Below, one piece after another: positions 11,729 through 25,307 of a DNA stretch of 64,000 nt. Every line of letters begins with the position of its first letter. Position 1 is the stretch's first letter. The notes below the pieces were generated by a model. It worked only from the letters and a program-made list of their open reading frames with translations, was not told where the DNA came from and searched no databases. Made by a program: the position numbers and the translations under genes. The stretch is from positions 33,232,001 to 33,296,000 of the forward strand of contig NC_042998.1 of assembly GCF_006345805.1 (NCBI RefSeq), in the 5' to 3' direction. The DNA is from Octopus sinensis. Taxonomy: Eukaryota.

Positions 11729-12254
11729 AGATGAACTCAAAACATACATTACATTATACTTCGTGTTACTCTGAGAAAAAATTATATACTACTTCAAAAC
11801 ATACTGTTAATTAATTAGTCTAAAGGTCTAATGACTCAGAATATCTACTTGCGCACGTTCATTATATTCTGAACATTGGTTTTTATCTTTCTGAACACAG
11901 AGTCCATATATTTTATGACAGAGAAACGGAAAAAAAAGAAAGAAATAATTACAGAAGCGAAATGTCTCCGTCAGTTAATCTATTCGTGTCAATGATTAGT
12001 TTGCACGAATCTCACTTTCTGTAAATATATTTTAGTTCTAATTTGGAGTGAACAGTAATGAGTATTAAATCAATGATGCTTTATCAAAAGAATCTTAAGT
12101 GGTATGAGGTTTTAATTAGCAATAAAGGGCATCGGTGGAGCAACTTGCCAAAGCATGTCTCTCTTGATTTATTAAAATAACCGAATAAAGATGATGATGG
12201 TCATCATAATTAAATAGCATTACCGAAATGGTGAAAGAATAATAATAATAATAA

Positions 12255-13975
12255 TGATTTCAAATTTTTACCACAAGGGCAGCTTAGGGGAGGGAATTAA
12301 GTCGATTATATTCACCCCAGTGTTTCACTCGTACTTAATTTATCGACCCCGAAAGGATAAAAGGCAAAGTCGACATCGGTGGAATTTGAACTCAGAACGT
12401 AGCGACGGACGAAATACCGCTAAACATTTCGTCCTGCGTGTTAACGATTCTGCCAACTCGCTGCCAGGACGACGATGACGACGACGACAACAACAACAAC
12501 AACAGCAGCAGCAGCAGCAGCAACAACAACAATAATACAATTAATTTTGAGATCATTGCCTTTAAAAACTGACATTTCAAAACATGGGACTTGATGATAC
12601 AAAATATTATGTAAACAAGAGTAATTAAAATCATTCCTGTAATCTATTCCATTAATTACTGAATTATTACGTATTCTGCCATTATATGTTACAGACCAAA
12701 TTAACAACAACAACGATAATAATTCTAATTATAATAATTGTTTCAAATGTTGGCACAAAGCCAGTAATTTTGGGAAGAGTCAGTCGATTGCATCGACCCC
12801 GTTACGCGACTGGTGTTTTATTTCCTCGACCTCCAAAAGATTAAAGGTAATGTTGACCGCGATGGAATTCGAGCTCAGAACGTAAAGAGCAGGAAGAAAT
12901 GACGCTCAGTATTTTCTCCGGTGCGTTCACTTTTCTGTGAGACATAATAATCTTTTCTACTGGAGGCACAAGGCTTGGAATTTGGGAGGAGGCGACTAGT
13001 CGATTACATCGACCCCAGTACGTAACTGGTACTTAATTTATCGATACCCGAAAGGATGAAGGGCAAAGTCGACCTCAGCGGAATTTGAACTCAGAACGTA
13101 GCGGCAGACGAAATACCTATTTCTTTACTACCCACAAGGGGCTACACACAGAGGTGACAAACAAGGACAGACAAACGGATTAAGTCGATTACATCGACCC
13201 CAATGCGTAACTGGTACTTAATTTATCGACCCCGAAAGGATGAAAGGCAAAGTCGGCCTCGGCGGAATTTGAACTCAGAACGTAGCGACAGATGAAATAC
13301 GGCTACGCATTTTGCCCGGCGTGCTAACGTTTCTGCCAGCTCACCGCCTTTCAATCAGCCATAATAATCATTTCTACTCTAGACACAAGGCTTGAAATTT
13401 GGGGGAGGAGACTAGTCTATTAAATCGACCTCAGTACGTAACTGGTACTTAATTTATTGCCTCCCGATAGGATGAAAGGCAAAACAGACTTCGGTGGAAT
13501 TTGAACTCAGAACGTAGCGACCGTCGAAATACCGCTAAGCATTTTGTCCACTGTGCTAATGATTCTGCCAGCTCGCCATAATTCTTTCTACTCAAGGTAC
13601 AAAGTCTGCAATTTCACAAGGAGGGGGTCAGTCGATTACACTGACCCCATCCCCCACCCCCACCCCAGTTCTCGACTGGTACTTATTTTTATTGATTCCG
13701 AAAAGACTCAAGAGAAAGTTGATTTCGGCTGAATTTGAACTCGGGACGTAAAGAGCTGTAAGAGATTATTTGAAGCATTTTCCTCCGGCGCGTTTGTAAC
13801 TTTACTAGCTGACCGCCTTTAATAATGGTTTCAAGTTTTGGCACAAGGCCAGCAATTTAGGGGGAGGGGTTAAGTCGAGTTCATCGACCTCAGTGCTCAA
13901 CTGGTACCTATTTTATCGACCTTGAATTGAACGAAATGTAAAAGTCGACCTGAGAAGAATTTGAACTCAGAGCAT
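12255..13975 (-). mobile_element. Cluster of about six co-oriented SINE family A insertions
   Basis: Copies at ~12255-12467, 12735-12935, 12950-13350 (dimer), 13365-13578, 13585-13820, 13825-13975. Confidence 0.85.
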
Positions 13976-14184
13976 AAAAGAAACCTGATACAAGTAGGAC
14001 TCTTGTAAAATGTGTTTAAATGATTTTGTCTACTGCTAGTATGTAGGCATTTTTTCTCATGATCTTAATTTTTGACTGTTTCTAAAACTAACAACTGAAT
14101 GACAGACAAATTTGTCAACAATATAATTTTGTAAGAAGAAAACAAAGAAAAAGAACATTAAAAGAAAAAAAAATCATATTATTG

Positions 14185-14825
14185 AGAGGCATGGATGTGT
14201 CGTAAGAAGCTTGCTTCCCAACCACATGGTTCCGCGTTCAGTATCACTGCGCGGTACATTGCGCAAATATCCTCTACTATAGCCTTGGGCCGCCCAAAGC
14301 CTTGTAAGTGTATTTGGTAGACGGAATCTCAAAGAAGCCCGTCGTATATATATATATGTGCGTGTGTGTATATATATATATAGGGTGGCCCAAAAGTAGG
14401 TTTACAATTATCACGTAGGCACTTTAAATTTCTTTTAAAACATCTTATTACATTAAAATTTCTATCTTACAATTAACTAAATTAGCATATAATAATGGTT
14501 TCATATATTTTTATAATTAAGATCTAAACTGTTAATATATGAATGCGAAAGAGATTGTTGAATAACTGTAAACCTACTTTTGGGCCACCCTGTGCATATA
14601 TGTATATGTATATGTATGTATGTTTGTGTGTCTGTGTTTGTCCCCACACCATCGTTTGATGACCGATGCTGGTGTGATTATTTCCCCGTAATTTAGCGTT
14701 TCGGCAAAAGAGACCGATAGAATAAGTACTTGACTTACAAAGAATAAGACCTGGTGTTGATTTCTTCGACTAAAAGCGGTGCTCCAGCATGGCCACAATC
14801 AAATGACTGAAACAAATAAAAGAAT
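14185..14825 (+). mobile_element. SINE family B (tRNA head + CORE-like TTG(G/C)GCAA motif), split by a MITE
   Basis: 5' half 14185-14345, central microsatellite, 3' half ~14610-14825 ending ATGACTGAAACAAATAAAAGA. Confidence 0.85.
14381..14592. mobile_element. Tc1/mariner-type MITE
   Basis: TIRs (T/C)AGGGTGGCCCAAAAGTAGGTTTACA; inserted in a (TA)n tract. Confidence 0.88.
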
Positions 14826-15676
14826 AATTCACCAAAGAAATCAAGAAAAAGAGGAAAAAAACGGAAAAAATGAACCTGCAAAAGATGGCGGGTTGGGTGG
14901 TTGAATGAGTGACGGGTTGTACAGCCCTGACCAAGTGGCGTGCTCTGCCGCACCTTGCAGATATGATTGCAAATGTGTTGCCGCGGAGAACCGCCAGCGA
15001 CACTCGCTGCAACAGCTCCCACCACACCTGACGGGGCTCGTTAACTTTTCGCCATTTTCATTTATAGTTTATTCTATTTGTTTACACTAAGACTTCACGC
15101 GTTTAATTTTTATAAACCCTAAGACCTATATATTTTTTCACGTTTAAAATTCAGTTATATTATTGTCATCGACAAGCTTAAGTAACGGTTTTTGCTTATA
15201 AATATTATCTGGATTTTGCAGCGGAAATCAACAGTGCGGGATGCTAGTGGTTGTTGACATTACATGGGTGTCCAGTTCAATTTAGTAATTTCATTACAGG
15301 AGGTCTTCAACTGAATAAATCTTAGCCTCGTTCTTTATTTGTACAGATAATGAAACGGTGGTACTCCAGTAATGTCGACAACCAGCAAATAATAAAATAT
15401 TTAAAATTTGTTTAAAGTATTTTCATTCACATCACCTTCCACATTCCGAAAACGATATAGCTTTTTCATTAGCAGTAGTTGAATAATTTGAAGTGATCTC
15501 AATAATTGACTCTTACTGTGCTTTTAATTTTTTTTTTCAATCAAACATCATTGTTACAAGTCCCCAAACTATTTTTTGGTACAGATTGTAAGTAGAATAT
15601 CCTGTAAATGAAAACTGAGAGAATGATGAAAAACAGAGCGATGATTTCTAGGTTTCTGAAGCAAAAGGTTCATATA

Positions 15677-15775
15677 TAGGGTGGCCCAAAAGTAGGTTTA
15701 CAGTTATCACGTAGGCACTTTAAATTTCTTTTAAAACATCTTATTACATTAAAATTTCTATCTTACAATTAATTA
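15677..15775 (+). mobile_element. Left half of the same Tc1/mariner MITE
   Basis: Nearly identical to the first ~95 bp of 14381-14592. Confidence 0.85.
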
Positions 15776-15964
15776 ATTAATTATTTTTATATATATGATG
15801 AATTTTTAAATTGATATATTTAATATGAATATTACTCCATATTCCTACGTTTATTGTATTTCATTTGGGATTTCTTTCAAGGGAAAGAGAATATTGGTTT
15901 AAAAGGCGGGAGAATATTGTGGTTATTTTCTGAGCTTAAAATCTGCCTTCACACACGCTAAATA

Positions 15965-16510
15965 TTCTTTTCTACTCTTGGCACAAGGCCCGAAATTTCG
16001 GGGGAGGGGGCAGTCGATTAGATCGATCCCAGTACGCAACTGGTACTTAATTTATCGACCTGAAAGGAAGAAAGGCAAAGTCGGCCTCGGCGGAATTTGA
16101 ACTCAGAATGTAACGGCAGACGAGATACCTATTTCTTTACTACCCACAAGGGGCTAAACACAGAGGAGACAAACAAGGACAGACAAACGGATTAAGTCGA
16201 TTACATCGACCCCAGTGCGTAACTAGTACTCTGTGCTTTATCGACCTCGAAAGGAAGAAAGGCAAAGTCGGCCTCGGCGGAATTTGAACTCAGAATGTAA
16301 TAGCTGACGAAATACCTATTTATTTACTACCCACAGGGGGCTAAACACAGAGAAGACAAACAAGGACAGACAAACGGATTAAGTCAATTATATCGACCCC
16401 AGTGTGTCACTGATACTTATTTAATCATCCCCGAAAGGATGAAAGGCAAAGTCGACCTCGGCGGAATTTGAACTCAGAACGTAGCGGCTGACGAAATACT
16501 GCTAAGCATA
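15965..16510 (-). mobile_element. SINE family A trimer
   Basis: Three bodies; two share GAAAGGAAGAAAGGCAAAGTCGGCC. Confidence 0.9.
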
Positions 16511-16821
16511 TCGATGGCATTAGCTCGATATCAGAAGTGTTATGGCCTTACTCAATGAGATTGCAGTGCTGTGGAAATCAAATGGTTTCGCACGAGAACA
16601 AAAGAGTAAGCCAGTTTTCTCTGCTCGATAGCATGAATTTTTAACTTACAGTATCGAAATACCTCTTTCTTAATGCATTTTTTATGCTCTTGAGTAGACA
16701 ATTCTCTCGAATTGGTGATCACGATATCAGAACTATTATGGACGCTAAAACTCCTGTTTCGCAATGATTCTATTTTGGTAAAAAAAAAAAAAAGATTACT
16801 CTTTGTTCGTTATGCCCATGG

Positions 16822-17189
16822 AGATGAGAGCCTTGGCCTTGTTGGGTTTTTTTTTAAAATCCAAGATGCGGGCCTTAGCCCTATTGGGTTATTTATCCAA
16901 GATGAGGGCCTTGGCCTTGTTGGGTTATTTATCCAAGATGAGGGCCTTAGCCCTGTTGGGTTATTTATCCAAGATGAGGGCCTTAGCCCTGTTAGGTTAT
17001 TTATCCAAAATGAGGGCCTTGGCCTTGTTGGGTTATTTATCCAAGGTGAAGGCATTGGCCTTGTTGGGTTATTTATCCAAGATGAGAGCCTTGGCCTTGT
17101 TGGGTTATTTATCCAAGATGAGGGCCTTGGTCTTGTGTTATTTATTCAAAATGAGGGCCTTGGCCTTCTTGGGTTATTTATCCAAGATG
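16822..17189. repeat. 36-bp minisatellite, ~10 copies
   Basis: Unit GATGAGGGCCTTGGCCTTGTTGGGTTATTTATCCAA. Confidence 0.95.
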
Positions 17190-18139
17190 TCCTAAAAGAC
17201 TACACACATCACAATTCAGCCTTGCATGAGGATAATGGTCAAAGCATATGAACGAGCACACCATGGGTAGGCTCAGGTAGAACCTTATTAACATTATCAA
17301 ATAAATGTTATCACTAGATTAACAGGATCGATATTTCAGTCATAACCCTAGATTAAGAGACAGGTAAACGAGTGCAGAATTTGTCGTGGGATGTGTTTAC
17401 TAAACTGATGCCATGTTACTTTGGATGAAAAAGATGAGAATGTTGCACCGTGAGACATTATCTTTGAAATTTCAGAATTCTTTCAAAGACTTTATTGATT
17501 GTAGCATGTTTAACGAACTGATATTAGGGTTGGGGAAGAAAAAAATTGCATTATTAATTTTATCACGTGATTTGTTAAAGCTATCACGTGACCTCTCAAT
17601 GCAAAATAAGTTGACGCCATCTGTTGCAGATTTTTGTCTCTTTTCTTCATTTTTCCCTACTATGTCTAATATGATATTTTTAGGGCACGATTTTAAGAAT
17701 ACATTACTAATCACCAGAAGTGAAATCAGTCTACGTATATTGTTACCGTTGAGAATCTGGTTTTTATCTGAAGTCGGTCAATTGGAGAGGTGGTGGTTTT
17801 GTATCTATCAAATAAAGTAGTCAGAAAGATGAGATTTAAGTTTTTAAGCCTTCTATTGGTAACAGTTTTAGATCCGTATTCGTAACCTAAATACTTGCCT
17901 CTTAAATTTATATATATTTTTTTCCCTTTTTTTTTATTTGTTTCTAAGGGATTTCCTTTCTTAGTTGCATGACGTCTGCTGATAATGGCTCGTACTGGTG
18001 CATAGCCAATAGCGACGCCGCCGGTACCTGCTGATATTCATAACATCCACTTAACTACGTAGTTTTATCTGGCCACCGATTGTTATCAAATCAAATTTTA
18101 GTTTCCTCTACATAAGTAACTGTAGACAATCAGAATATG

Positions 18140-18330
18140 AGTATATTTATGTATGTATGTATGTATGTATGTATGTATGTATGTATGTATGTATGTATGT
18201 ATGTATGTATGTATATATGTATGTATGTATATTTGTGTGTAGTTATAGGAGAATGCACGTCTGTAAATATATATGTATATATAAATATATTTATTTACAT
18301 ACATATATGTGAACTTGTATATGTATTTGT

Positions 18331-18388
<58 letters not shown>

Positions 18389-18399
18389 GGGTAGATAGA

Positions 18400-18455
<56 letters not shown>

Positions 18456-18496
18456 TAGATAGATAGATAGATAGAAAGACAGACAGACAGACAGAC

Positions 18497-18570
<74 letters not shown>

Positions 18571-18595
18571 ATGGATGGATGGATAGACTGTTAGA
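18140..18595. repeat. Compound (GTAT)n/(GATA)n/(GACA)n microsatellite
   Basis: Direct reading. Confidence 0.95.
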
Positions 18596-19732
18596 TACAT
18601 AGATCGATATTTTAATAATAAAGGGTAAAATTATTATGGATTTCACCCTTTATTATAAAAATAATATTTGAATAAATTCACTCCATGATCGAAACTGCAT
18701 TTACTGCGGTCTAGATCTTAACACACACGTGGATATAAAAAGCAGATATGAATTATACCCGTCAATATATTTTTACGAGTGTGGATAGATATCGGACATA
18801 CGATGACGCTGATCGCATGCATATTTTGAAATACTCGTGAACTTATACGAAATACTATACGAAATACTTTAAGTTCGAAACACGTCCATATTTTATCAGC
18901 CATATTGATTCATTATTTTTCTTTTGCTTGCCTACAATAAAGTGTGTTATCCTCGGAGATTTTAAGGTAGTAAAAAAGACTTTAGCGTCTATTTCTTACA
19001 GTGCGTAGTGAGGCATAAAGTCGACCCCTTGTTATAATTATGTATATAATTATAAAATAGATAGATATTTATATGCACACATTCATATATGTACATATAC
19101 GAAACTGTGCATATATCTATATAGATTGACTCATATACTTATGTATATGTACATACGCATTATATATATTTTCTGTATAACATATATACATGCGTGTATG
19201 TATGTTGTCTTTTGTTTTTCATTATCCAAATGCTTCCACCGATAAAATAGCTGCTTTCTAACAAAGATACAAAGCTCCATCGTTGGAATATAAATAATTA
19301 AAACAATGTCACATCTTAAACTTGAGAAAAGTCTTGCATAGTTTTACTGTGCGGATTACAGGTTGTATTTGTAATGTGCGAGTTAGTTGGTGGATTTGTT
19401 TTCCTGATAATCCAAGCTTATCCACATTGTCACTTAGACATTTATTAAAGTATGTATGTATGTATGTATGTATGTATGTATGTATGTATGTATGTATGTT
19501 GCACACATACGAAAAGAAAAAAGTACACACATGAAGTACAACTTTATTTTGTTTCGATGGATATTTAACAAAAGCTCGCAATTTGTCAACAGGTATCATA
19601 AGTGTTGTGTGTATATGTGTGTGAGTATGTATGTGTAAATGAATGTGTATTTACGTGTGTGTGTGTGTGTGTGTGTGTTCACATCTTTCTATCTCTATGT
19701 GTATATGATGTGACAGTAGAAACATGTAAAGG

Positions 19733-20500
19733 AGGCGGCAGGCTGGCAGAAACGTTAGCACGCCGGGCAAAATGCTTAGCGGTATTTCGTCTGCCGTTAC
19801 GTTCTGAGTTCAAATTCCGCCGAGGTCGACTTTGCCTTTCATCCTTTCGGGGTTGATAAATTAAGTACCAGTTACGCACTGGGGTCGACATAATCGACTT
19901 AACCCGTTTGTCTGTCCTTGTTTGTCCCCTCTGTGTTTAACCCCTTGTGAGTAGTAAAAAAATAGGTATTTCGTCTGCCGCTACGTTCTGATTCAAATTC
20001 CGCCGAGGTCGACTTTGCCTTTCATCCTTTCGGTGTCGATAAACTAATTACCAGTAACGCACTGGAGTCGATATAATCGACTTAATCCGTCTGTCTGTCC
20101 TTGTTTGTCCTCCCTGTGTTTAGCCCCTTGTGGGTAGTAAAGAAATAGGTATTTCGTCTGCCGCTACGTTCTGAGTTCAAATTCCGCCGAGGTCGACTTT
20201 GCCTTTCATCCTTTCGGTGTCGATTAAATAAGTACCAGTTACGCACTGGCGTCGATATAATCGACTTAATCCGTCTGTTTGTCATTGTTTGTCCCCTCTG
20301 TGTCTAACCCCTTGAGAGTAGTAAAACAATAGGTATTTCGTCTGTCTTTAAGTTCTGAGTTCAAATTCCGCCGAGGTCGACTTTGCCTTTCATCCTTTCG
20401 GGGTCGATAAATTAAATACCAGTAGCGTACTGAGATCGATCTAATCGACCGGTCCCCTCCCCCAAAATTTCGAGCCTTGTACCTAGAGTAGAAAAGTAGA
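19733..20500 (+). mobile_element. SINE family A tetramer
   Basis: One head, four bodies, terminal CCTTGTACCTAGAGTAGAAAAG. Confidence 0.9.
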
Positions 20501-20522
20501 AACATGTAAAGATAACATATAA

Positions 20523-20721
20523 AGGCGCAGGAGTGGCTGTGTGGTAAGTAGCTTGCTAACCAACCACATGGTTCCGGGTTCAGTCCCACTGCGTGGCATC
20601 TTGGGCAAGTGTCTTCTGCTATAGCCCCTGGCCGACCAATGCCTTGTGAGTGGATTTGGTAGACGGAAACTGAAAGAAGCCCGTCGTATATATGTATGTA
20701 TATATATATAATATATATATA

Positions 20722-20783
<62 letters not shown>

Positions 20784-21010
20784 TTGTGTATGTATATGTT
20801 TGTGTGTGTGTGTTTGTCCCTCCAACATCGCTTGACAACCGATGCTGGTGTGTTTACGTCCCCGTCACTTAGCGGTTCGGCAAAAGAGACCGATAGAATA
20901 AATACTGGGCCTACAAAGAATAAGTCCCGGGGTCGATTTGCTCGACTAAAGGCAGTGCTCCAGCATGGCCGCAATCAAATGACTGAAACAAGTAAAAGAG
21001 TAAAAGAGTA
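20523..21010 (+). mobile_element. SINE family B, full length
   Basis: GCAGGAGTGGCTGTGTGGTAAG head, GGTTCAGTCCC B-box, TTGGGCAAGTGTCTTC, central (TA)n, tail GTAAAAGAGTAAAAGAG. Confidence 0.9.
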
Positions 21011-21238
21011 TAGCTGTTCTAGTCTCATCCTCTCTTACTCTGTCGCTTTACAACCTTCCTACATTTCTTTCCAGATCTTAAAACAAATTTCTCATATTGC
21101 TATTATTATTGTTATTGTTTAGGATTCGTGGGGGCGTGCCCCATATTTTACTCTAGGTGAATGTCCCCTTTTCAGACATATTCATTACATATTTTTACAT
21201 TTGAATATTTTATCTTTTTCTCTTTAACGCATGTAAAT

Positions 21239-21308
<70 letters not shown>

Positions 21309-21419
21309 AACATATATATATATATATTGAATTATTTTTTTCACCCACTAGATACAAAATATCAATTACTTTAGAACAAACGTCTCCACATTCGTCGCTC
21401 TTGGGACAAATAAAGAATC

Positions 21420-21474
<55 letters not shown>

Positions 21475-21482
21475 TATTATCA

Positions 21483-21740
21483 AAGGCGGCGAGCTGGCAG
21501 AATCGTTAGAATTATGTGTCTGTGTTTGCCCCCCCCCCCCCGCCAACATCGCTTGACAACCGATGCTGTTGTGTTTAAGTCCCCGTAACTTAGCGGTTCG
21601 GCAAAAGAGACCGATAGAATAAATACTAGGCTTACAAAGAATAAGTCCTGGGGTCGATTTGCTCGACTAGAGGCGGTGCTCCAGCATGACCACAGTCACA
21701 TGACTGAACCAAGTAAAAGAGTAAAAGAATAAAGAGTAAT
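21483..21740 (+). mobile_element. SINE A head fragment joined to SINE B 3' half
   Basis: GGCGGCGAGCTGGCAGAATCGTTAG followed directly by the family B 3' body. Confidence 0.75.
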
Positions 21741-21743
21741 ATA

Positions 21744-21795
<52 letters not shown>

Positions 21796-22022
21796 CTGAA
21801 GTTTTGAATTTAGTTCAAGAACCCCCAGTACGATCTTTGCGGACCACCAGGTGCCCACTGACCACAGTTAGGGAACTAGTGTTTAGATTCCGATTTTCTA
21901 ATTGGCCTGCATAAACTCACCTGACACAGAACAACCATCTTTTTCAAAGTTGTAAATCACTGTCGAATATAGCCAAGCGCGAAGACCTAAGTCAATGGTT
22001 CCCAACCCGTGGTCCGTCATCA

Positions 22023-22320
22023 TGTTCAAATTCCGCCGAGGTCAACTTTGCCTTTCATCCTTTCGGGGTCGATAAATTAAGTACCAGTTATGTACTGGGG
22101 TCGCTCTAATCAACTGGCTCATTCCCCCAAAATTTCGAGCCTTGTGTCTACAGTAGAAAAGGATATTTTTGTGTGTCAAGGCAACAAGCTGGCAGAAACG
22201 TTAGCACACTGGGCGAAAAGTCAAAGAAGTCCTCGGCGAAATTTGAACTCAGAACACAGAGACAGACGAAATGTTGCTAATCGTTTTTGCCCAGCGTGCT
22301 AACGAGCCTATCAGATAGCC
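22023..22320. mobile_element. Rearranged SINE family A fragments
   Basis: + body at 22023-22160; head plus inverted piece at 22175-22320. Confidence 0.7.
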
Positions 22321-22504
22321 ACCATCTGATCCGAAGGCCATTAGTTTGTTGGTTAGTTGATGTATTAGTGGACTTGAGTATAAATTTATGCGTTTTAATA
22401 CAGTTTCTCTAATCCTTACATTCTTTATGAATGGTGTGGTTAAACCTACGTAGTTTCAGTCTTTATCTGTTCATCCAATTACTGTGAACTGACTGTTTAT
22501 ATTC

Positions 22505-24306
22505 ATCTGGTGCTTTTATACTAAAAATAACTTCGAAGATGCTTCCAACGCTCAAGGAACATTAGACGAGGCATGTGCCAATGTAGAAACAGATTACATT
22601 CTAGCTGAGATTAACAAAATTGCATACTTGCATATTGCAAAACAACATGCTGCAATATGGAAATTAATAAACACTAACTGGAAGAAAATGTAAGCCCTGC
22701 ATCAAACTTAAAGGTGGTTCCCCTGAGAAGTGCAAGGCCAACTGGTTTGACCACTTTCAGAAACTTCTTGGAGAACTACCACAAACTCGCGGTCTTCCAT
22801 CTTATGTATTAGACATTTATACGGACGTTTTCACATTGGATGAGCACAAAGCAGCTCTCAGTAGTTTTGCTGACAATAAATGTCCAGGACTCCATAACAT
22901 ACCAATATTACTGTGGAAAGATCTAATATTTCATGATTACTAGGTTTCTGCTCGTCATTTGCCTCCATCAGCTTGGTTGAAGGGTGGAATTGTCCCTGTC
23001 CCACCAAAAAGGCGATCTAACAAGTGCAGCAAATTACAGAGGCATTGCTCTGATCCCAATTGCAGCAAAAAGTTTATAACAAACTTCTGCTTAATAGGAT
23101 AGTACCTATGCTCGATCCACTTCTTCGTAAGAATCAGAATGGATTTAGAAGGGGCCGGTCAACAACTGCTCAAATCCTTCTCTATCCGTCGCATACTGGA
23201 AGAAATGAAAAAAGTTTAACAAGAGCGTCACAGTCTGTTTTGTAGACTTTCGCAAAGCATTTGATTCCATTAACAGAGATCTTATGTTTAAAATCCTTGC
23301 ACTCTATGGTATTCCTCCCACGATTGTTGATGCTATCAGAGCACAGTACACAAACACCGCTGCCACATTTATATCTCCTGATGGAGAGACTGATTCCTTC
23401 GAAGTTGAAGCAAGTGTTCTGCAAGTTGATACACTCACTGCTTTCTTGTTCATCATTGTTCTCGACTATGTTCTACGCATTTCCCTAGACAATATGGAGG
23501 AAAAGGAACTTTTTTTGAAACCCCGCCAGAGCAGTCGGCATTGTGCACAATATTCAACTGATCTTGACTTTGCTGACAATCTTGCCTTGATATCCCATTG
23601 TATTAAAGATGCAGAATCTTTGTTACAGGTACTGGAAAAAGCAGCAAACCAGGTCGGCCTTTACTACGACGAGAGTAAGACGGAGTTTATCACGACTTCC
23701 GCCAAGTTAGCTGAACTTAAATCGCTCAATAATATATCAATCAAAAACGTTGACGGCTTCAAATATCTTGGATCACACATAGTAGACTCCCAAAAGGACT
23801 TTCACATCCGCAAAGCTCTTGCTTGGGATCCATGTAACAGACTTGTTAAGATCTGGCACTCAAACCTTCCACCTACGTTAAAAGTTAAAATATTTAGAAA
23901 CACTGATTGAGCCGGTCCTTCTCTATGGATCAGATACCTAGACCTTATCGGCTCTCTTAGAAAAACAACAAGCTGGAACATATACCAACCTGCCCAGAAA
24001 GATGAAACCCAACACTTAGTAACATCTACGGAAATCTGATACCAATATCCCTCAAGCTAAAGCGGAAACGGCTACAATTTGCTGGCCACTATCATCGAGC
24101 AGAGAAAGAGGTTATCTCATCCCTGCTCCTACGGCATCCCTCTGGAAGTGTTTTCTCCAGGAAACTGACATTTCCAGAATCTATATCATGAGACTCGGGG
24201 CTGGATATTAGAAATCTTAACACAGCAATGCAGGACTGTGTAGAGTGGAAAGGGATTGTCAATGGAGTTCCGACTAACCATAGGGTGATCGAAGGAGAAT
24301 GATGAA
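22505..24306 (+). mobile_element. RTE-clade LINE, 5'-truncated and frameshifted reverse transcriptase
   Basis: YRGIAL...AAKVYNKLLLNRI...NQNGFRRGRSTTAQI, VDFRKAFDS, LQVDTLTAFLFIIVLDY, LDFADNLAL, FKYLGS. Confidence 0.9.
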
Positions 24307-24319
24307 GCCATAACATATA

Positions 24320-24745
24320 TTGGTTTCAAATTTCGGCACTCTCTTTTGGGAGTGGAAGTAAGACGATTTGATCGACCTCATTGCTCAACTGGTATTTAAT
24401 TTTTCCACCTTGAAAGGATGAAAAGCAAAACCAAACTCAACGAAATATGAACTCAGAAAGGAAAAACGGACGGCATACTTGGCAACATTTCGTCCGGCAT
24501 GCTAAAAATTCTTATTTCTTTATTGCCCACAAGGGGCTAAACATAGAGAGAACAAACAAGGACAGACAAAGGATTTAAGTCGATTAGATCGACTCCAGTG
24601 CGTAACTGGTACTTGATTTATCGACCCCGAAAGGATGAAAGGTAAAGTCAACCTCGGCGGAATTTGAACTCAGAACGGAAAGACGGACGAAATACCGCTA
24701 AGCATTTCGCCCTGCGCGCTAACGATTCTGCCAGCTCGCCGCCCT
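24320..24745 (-). mobile_element. Two adjacent SINE family A copies
   Basis: Diverged copy 24320-24500; younger copy 24505-24745. Confidence 0.85.
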
Positions 24746-25094
24746 TTTAAGCCATTACATATAATAAGACAAAAATTGGTCAAACTAGTCTTTCGTGTTT
24801 ATCTAGATTCTTGCGTTTTATCTCAACTTCCTTGTAAAAAGAAAATCCGTGTTTAGTAACAACTTGCAGTCCCACAAGAAGAAAAAATATATATTTAGCT
24901 AACAAGTAGGATATTAGCCGAAAAGTTACAAACAATCAAATCATTTGTTCTGTAGGAGACGGCTATCTGATATGACGGAAATGCCAAAACAGCCAAAAGT
25001 TACTGAAAAAGTATTGTGGGGGCGGGGACGGACGCAAAGACAACTTATGTCGCAGAGCTTACTTCTGAATATTTTAAATGTAATTATCGGGGCG

Positions 25095-25307
25095 TAAGGC
25101 GGCGAGCTGGCAGAATCGTTAGCACGCCGGACGAAATGCGTAGCCGTATTTCGTCTGCCGTTACGTTCTGAGTTTAAATTCCGCGGAGGTCGACTTTGCC
25201 TTTCATCCTTTCGGGGTCGATAAATTAAGTACCAGTTGCGTACCGGGGTCGATCTAATCGACTGGTCCCTCCCCAAATTTCAAGCCTTGTGCCTTCAGTA
25301 GAAAAGA
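25095..25307 (+). mobile_element. SINE family A monomer
   Basis: Head, body and terminal 3' end present. Confidence 0.9.

Noticed and set aside
16515-16650. Open frame ending at GTAAGC with an AG about 46 nt later
   Set aside because: The implied intron is very short and the peptides are unrecognisable.
17413-17820. 135-aa ORF (+) and overlapping 80-aa ORF (-)
   Set aside because: No recognisable domain; lengths are compatible with chance.
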